A stretch of DNA of 21,383 nt from Candidatus Methylumidiphilus sp. (lineage in GTDB: Bacteria; Pseudomonadota; Gammaproteobacteria; Methylococcales; Methylococcaceae), in NCBI GenBank assembly GCA_046089945.1, contig JBJSYU010000394.1, positions 1 to 21,383 on the forward strand, written 5' to 3'. The stretch's first letter is position 1; each line of letters starts with the position of its first letter. Under the pieces are notes generated by a model. That model did not search any database, was not told where the DNA came from, and saw nothing but the letters and a program-made list of their open reading frames with translations. A program made the position numbers and the translations under genes. Shown here in pieces: positions 17,090-21,383 of this stretch.

Positions 17090-19027
17090 TTAGTTTTTGT
17101 TCGCTCGATGCTCGATGATGTCTTCGACCACAGACGGGTCGGCTAGGGTGGAAATGTCGCCCAAATTGGAGAGTTCGTTGGCGGCCACTTTGCGCAGGAT
17201 GCGGCGCATTATTTTGCCGGAACGGGTTTTTGGCAAGGAAGGCGTCCACTGGATGATATCCGGGGTGGCGATGGGGCCGATTTCCTTGCGCACTTGTTGC
17301 AGCAGGGCATGCCGCAGTGCCTCGGTGGGTTCCGCACCGGCGACTAAGGTGACATAAGCGTAAATGCCTTGGCCTTTTTTGTCGTGCGGATACCCCACCA
17401 CGGCGGCTTCGGCGACGGCTTCGTGCAGTACCAGGGCGCTTTCGATTTCGGCAGTGCCCATGCGATGTCCGGCGACATTCAGCACGTCATCGACGCGGCC
17501 GGTGATCCAGTAATACCCGTCGGCGTCGCGTTTGGCGCCGTCTCCGGTGAAGTATTTGCCAGGGTAAGCGGAAAAGTAAGTTTCGACAAAGCGGCGATGG
17601 TCGCCATAGACCGTCCGCGCCTGCCCCGGCCAGCTAGTCGTCAAGGCCAATACCCCTTCCGCCGCGCCTTCCAGCACCTCGCCCGCGCCGTCGAGGATGG
17701 CCGGCGCCACGCCGAAGAACGGCAGCGTCGCCGAGCCGGGCTTGAGCGCGGTCGCGCCGGGCAGCGGGGTAATCATGATGCCGCCGGTTTCGGTTTGCCA
17801 CCAAGTGTCCACCACCGGGCAGCGCGATTCGCCGACGACTTGGTAATACCATTCCCAGGCTTCCGGGTTGATCGGCTCGCCGACCGAACCCAGCACGCGC
17901 AGGCTGCGGCGGCTGGCGCGCTTGACCGGCTCGTCGCCTAGGCCCATCAGCATGCGGATGGCGGTGGGGGCGGTGTAGAAAATGTTGACGTGGTGCTTGT
18001 CCACAACCTGCCAAAAGCGGTCGGCCTGCGGGTAGGTCGGGATGCCCTCGAACATCAGCGTCGTCGCGCCGTTGCACAGCGGGCCGTAGAGGACATAGGA
18101 ATGCCCCGTCACCCAGCCGACATCGGCGGTGCACCAATAAATGTCGCCGTCGTGATAGTCGAAGACATAGCGGTGGGTCATCGCCGCATACAGCAGATAG
18201 CCGCCGCTGGTGTGCAGCAGCGCCTTGGGCTTGCCGGTGGAGCCTGAGGTGTAGAGGATGAACAGTGGGTCTTCCGCGCCCATAGGCAACGCCGGGCAGT
18301 CGTCGGCGACGCCGGCGTCGGCCTCGTGCCACCAGCGGTCGCGGCCTGCGGCCCAGCCGATGTCCAAGCCGGTGTGGCGCCCGACAAACACCGTCCGCAC
18401 GGCCGGGCAATGGCTCAATGCCTCGTCCACATTGGCTTTTAAGGCGATGGATTTGCCGCCACGCCGGCCGCCGTCGGCGGTGATGACGACGCGGCAGTCG
18501 GAATCTAAGATGCGGTCTTTCAGCGCTTCCGCCGAAAAGCCGCCGAAGACGATGGAATGGATCGCGCCGATGCGGGCGCAGGCCAGCATGGCGACGGCGG
18601 CTTCGGGGATCATCGGCAGGTAGATGCAGACGCGGTCGCCTTTGCGCACGCCTTCGGCCAACAGGACGTTGGCGAAGCGGCACACCCGCCGGTGCAGTTC
18701 GCGGTAAGTCAGCGTTTTCGACTCGCCCGGCTCGTCGCCTTCCCAGATGATGGCGGTTTGTTCGCCTCGGGTGTCCAGATGGCGGTCTAGGCAGTTGTGG
18801 CTGACGTTCAGTTCCGCCCCTTCAAACCAGGCTATCGAGCCAGTGGCGAAGTCATGGCGGCAAACGTTGCTCCAAGGCTTGGCCCAATCGACAAAGCGGC
18901 CAGCCTGCGCCGCCCAGAACGCTTGCGGGTCGGCGATGGACTGCGCGTACAGTTCCCGGTAGCCGGCCGCGTCGATGTGGGCGGCGGCGGCGATGTCGGC
19001 GTTGACGCCGTAGATTTTTTCAGACAT
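17090..19027 (-). CDS. acs: Acetyl-CoA synthetase (AMP-forming)
   Basis: 645 aa. It has the Acs-typical N-terminus (Y..LY..S..DP..FW), the AMP-binding motif [19 protein letters not shown], and the C-terminal SGKIMRR with the acetylatable Lys context. Confidence 0.95.
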   Translation of the reverse strand: MSEKIYGVNADIAAAAHIDAAGYRELYAQSIADPQAFWAAQAGRFVDWAKPWSNVCRHDFATGSIAWFEGAELNVSHNCLDRHLDTRGEQTAIIWEGDEPGESKTLTYRELHRRVCRFANVLLAEGVRKGDRVCIYLPMIPEAAVAMLACARIGAIHSIVFGGFSAEALKDRILDSDCRVVITADGGRRGGKSIALKANVDEALSHCPAVRTVFVGRHTGLDIGWAAGRDRWWHEADAGVADDCPALPMGAEDPLFILYTSGSTGKPKALLHTSGGYLLYAAMTHRYVFDYHDGDIYWCTADVGWVTGHSYVLYGPLCNGATTLMFEGIPTYPQADRFWQVVDKHHVNIFYTAPTAIRMLMGLGDEPVKRASRRSLRVLGSVGEPINPEAWEWYYQVVGESRCPVVDTWWQTETGGIMITPLPGATALKPGSATLPFFGVAPAILDGAGEVLEGAAEGVLALTTSWPGQARTVYGDHRRFVETYFSAYPGKYFTGDGAKRDADGYYWITGRVDDVLNVAGHRMGTAEIESALVLHEAVAEAAVVGYPHDKKGQGIYAYVTLVAGAEPTEALRHALLQQVRKEIGPIATPDIIQWTPSLPKTRSGKIMRRILRKVAANELSNLGDISTLADPSVVEDIIEHRANKN

Positions 19028-19079
19028 AGGCAGCGGTTCTCCTTGTTTTTAGATTTTGGGGTGGCTTGCAGCCTGCTGC

Positions 19080-20108
19080 CTAAAGAAAAATCGCATCGAC
19101 GGACAGCCCTTCCGTTTCGATCATTTCCCGCAACAGCGCCAGGGATTCGATTTGGATTTGGCGGACGCGCTCGCGGGTCAGGCCCATGGCCTTGGAGGAT
19201 TCTTCCAATGATGCCGGCTCGAAGCCGCGCAGGCCAAAGCGGCGGCAAATCACTTCGCGCTGCTTGTCGCTCAAGCGCGCCAGCCAGGTGTCGAGGTGGC
19301 GGTGCATGCATTCCTGCTGCATGGTTTCCGGCAGCGTGGGGTGATCCTCGTCGGCGATGGAATCGAGCAGGGTCTTGTCGGAATCGGCCTTGAGCGGCAC
19401 GTCCATGGACACCGCCCGCTCGCCCAGTTTCAGCATGCGCTCGACGGTGTTCAGCGGCTTGTTCAAATGTTTGGCGACATCCAGCGCGGTAGGCTCGTGG
19501 TCCAGCGTGTGCGCCAGATGGCGGAACGCCTTCAAATAGACGTTCATCTCTTTCAGCACATGGATCGGCAGGCGGATGGTGCGGGTCTGGTTCATGATCG
19601 CCCGCTCGATGGTCTGCCGAATCCACCACGTGGCATAGGTGGAAAAGCGGAAGCCCAAGTCGGGCTTGAACTTTTCCACAGCGCGGATCAGCCCCAGATT
19701 GCCCTCCTCGATCAAGTCCAACTGCGGCAGGCCGCGGTTCAGGTAACGCCTGGATATCTTCACGACCAACCGGAGGTTGCTCTCGATCATTTTCTTGCGG
19801 GCGGCCTCGTCGCCCTGCTGGATCAGCCGGCCATAATGCTTTTCCTCGTCGGCGGTCAGCAGCTTCGACTGGCGCGTCGCCTTCAAATACAGCCGGGCGG
19901 CGTCGAGCTGCAAATCGCCGCTGTCGTCAAAGCTTTCCAAGTCAGATTCCGGCTCTTCCTCGGCGTCCAAGGCCACCACTTCAATCAATTCTTCCTCCGC
20001 CTCCAATTCGGCTATGAACGGCGCAGCCTCTTCATAAAGCTCGTCTTCGGCGAAGACTTTGGCTTCTTCTGTGGATTTTCCAGACATGCGGTTTTCCTGG
20101 CTGGTCAT
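19080..20108 (-). CDS. rpoS: RNA polymerase sigma factor RpoS (sigma-38)
   Basis: 342 aa. It matches RpoS closely through regions 2-4: [67 protein letters not shown], and [10 protein letters not shown]. The N-terminus is acidic. The start could instead be the second Met (codon 8). Confidence 0.9.
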   Translation of the reverse strand: MTSQENRMSGKSTEEAKVFAEDELYEEAAPFIAELEAEEELIEVVALDAEEEPESDLESFDDSGDLQLDAARLYLKATRQSKLLTADEEKHYGRLIQQGDEAARKKMIESNLRLVVKISRRYLNRGLPQLDLIEEGNLGLIRAVEKFKPDLGFRFSTYATWWIRQTIERAIMNQTRTIRLPIHVLKEMNVYLKAFRHLAHTLDHEPTALDVAKHLNKPLNTVERMLKLGERAVSMDVPLKADSDKTLLDSIADEDHPTLPETMQQECMHRHLDTWLARLSDKQREVICRRFGLRGFEPASLEESSKAMGLTRERVRQIQIESLALLREMIETEGLSVDAIFL

Positions 20109-20129
20109 GGGGGTAGTGTCGGAAATGGC

Positions 20130-20594
20130 TCAATGGGCGAGAAGCGTTTTGCGGGCCAGGTTGATTTTGCCGGCCAGATAGTCCGAGCCGCCGCGGTCGG
20201 GATGCAGTTTTTGCATCAGCCTACGGTGGGCTGCGATGATTTCGTCCCGTGTGGCGCCGGGCGACAACCCCAAAATTTCGTAAGCCTCCTGCTGGCTCAT
20301 GCCGCCGCCCGTCGGCGGCGGCGCCGCGCCCGCTTGGGCCTTGGCCGCGCCACCAAACAGGCGCGCCGCCAAGGGCAGCAGCGGCGCCAGCCGGACGGCG
20401 GCGATGCCCAGCGTGGCCAACAGCGGGGCCAGCCAGCCTTGCCGGGCGGTCAACACCGCCAGCGCCAACGCCCCCAGCCAGATCAGCGGCTTGCGCGGCT
20501 TGATGGCATTGTCCGGCGAGCGGGCCCGCAGCAGTTCGCGCAGGCCGAACAACACGGCCAACAACAGCAAGGCGAAGAGAATCAGCGGGATCAA
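20130..20594 (-). CDS. Membrane-anchored J-domain (DnaJ-like) protein
   Basis: 154 aa. Two or three N-terminal hydrophobic helices are followed by a C-terminal J domain (AYEILGL..GA...[17 protein letters not shown]) with the HPD motif. The start codon is TTG without a clear SD, so the start is uncertain. Confidence 0.72.
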   Translation of the reverse strand: MIPLILFALLLLAVLFGLRELLRARSPDNAIKPRKPLIWLGALALAVLTARQGWLAPLLATLGIAAVRLAPLLPLAARLFGGAAKAQAGAAPPPTGGGMSQQEAYEILGLSPGATRDEIIAAHRRLMQKLHPDRGGSDYLAGKINLARKTLLAH

Positions 20595-20984
20595 AGCGGT
20601 CGGTCAATGCGGTTGGACAAAGATGCCTTCGGATGGCGCATTCTAACCTAATCCGCCCGCAAAGGTGATTGCCTGCTTGCAAAATCGGCAGGAAACCGCA
20701 AAGCCTGTCGTGGATGCCCGACAGGCGGGCGGGCTGGTTAATGCCTTGCGGGAACTATTGCGCGTCCCGTCCTACTAACGCGGGTTCTGTCGCAGTTTGA
20801 CAGCAACGGCGCCAACAAAAGCCCATGGCGCGCAATCCTGTGGGCGCCATCAAAAAATGCGGCGTCGGCGCTTGCAGTTTCCGGTTTGCATCGAACCGAC
20901 AACGTGATAACGTTCTTTAGACTCCTGCGCGTGGGTGATGAAGCCTAGGGGGAGCAATACATCCAATAAAGAGGTAGAAGAAAA

Positions 20985-21383
20985 ATGTCCAGCGAGAATC
21001 CAAAAGACACCCCCGCCGCCGCGGGCCTAGTCGAAAACCTGAAATCCAATCCAAAAGCCCTAGGGATTGCCGCGTTCGCGGTCGCCTTAGTGCTGTTTTT
21101 GGTGGTTAAAGGCGGCGGTGAAAGCGGCGAGAAGCCGGCCCAGGTCGTGGCAGTCAATATCGGCCAGAAAGTCACCGTCTACAACCCCAACACCGACGAA
21201 GGCAACACCATTTTGGTGGCCGCCCCCGGAGCGGCCGGCTTGGCCGAGGGCGAGAACGAAAAAGACGATTCCGTCGTTTGCCGCGTGGTGGTGAAGGGAA
21301 CCGGCGCGACCGTCGAGGAACTGAGCACCGTCAACTACATCCCGTTTGCGAAAGTCACGCTTACCGACGGCGCCTGCTCCGGC
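20985..21383 (+). CDS. Hypothetical single-pass membrane protein, N-terminal 133 aa (3' end outside window); absent from the supplied ORF track
   Basis: My own translation from the ATG at 20985 (GAGGTAGAAG upstream) runs without a stop to the window end: MSSENPKDTPAAAGLVENLKSNPKALGIAAFAVALVLFLVVKGGGESGEKPAQVVAVNIGQKVTVYNP... It has one TM helix and GC-rich third codon positions like the neighbouring genes. No family was recognised. Confidence 0.55.
   Translation, partial: MSSENPKDTPAAAGLVENLKSNPKALGIAAFAVALVLFLVVKGGGESGEKPAQVVAVNIGQKVTVYNPNTDEGNTILVAAPGAAGLAEGENEKDDSVVCRVVVKGTGATVEELSTVNYIPFAKVTLTDGACSG

Noticed and set aside
19066-19081. Sigma-54 promoter upstream of acs (minus strand AGGCAG-N5-TGCA)
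   Set aside because: The GG and GC elements are one nucleotide closer than the strict TGGCAC-N5-TTGC spacing, and the conserved T/C flanks are missing.
19296-20651. 451-aa plus-strand ORF
   Set aside because: It is antisense to rpoS and the J-domain gene and reads through both. It is rich in Arg/Gly/Gln runs ([16 protein letters not shown]) with no domain signature, so it is a shadow ORF.

Overview
This is a GC-rich proteobacterial chromosome segment. Gene content and synteny (rpoS, gcvR-bcp as in E. coli, rlmL, acs, glnB) suggest a gammaproteobacterium, but I cannot name the species from sequence alone. I support 21 protein-coding genes. Two are cut by the window edges, and one of those is missing from the supplied ORF track. 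I also support one tRNA-Lys(UUU) with a near-consensus promoter and a terminator, several intrinsic terminators, and three unrelated families of REP-like intergenic hairpin repeats. Most genes are ordinary housekeeping or redox genes: P-type ATPase, flavodoxin, bacteriohemerythrin, GcvR, Bcp, RlmL, acylphosphatase, Acs, P-II, RpoS. I saw no CRISPR array, integrase, classical IS transposase, prophage genes or rRNA, and no convincing novel multi-gene system. The most interesting signals are listed here. (1) Two divergent 269-aa Rpn-family PD-(D/E)XK nuclease genes each carry a perfect internal GAGGAG Shine-Dalgarno plus an in-frame ATG just before the C-terminal domain. This matches the gene-within-gene RpnL/RpnS toxin-antitoxin layout. 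(2) One of these genes lies in a tRNA-Lys-proximal cluster with an exported caspase-FGE-like fusion protein and a PIN-PhoH2 gene. (3) There are dense REP-like repeats, a heptamer microsatellite in a 3' UTR, and an orphan minus-strand terminator that may mark an sRNA. Many long ORFs in the track are antisense shadow ORFs of this GC-rich DNA and were rejected.
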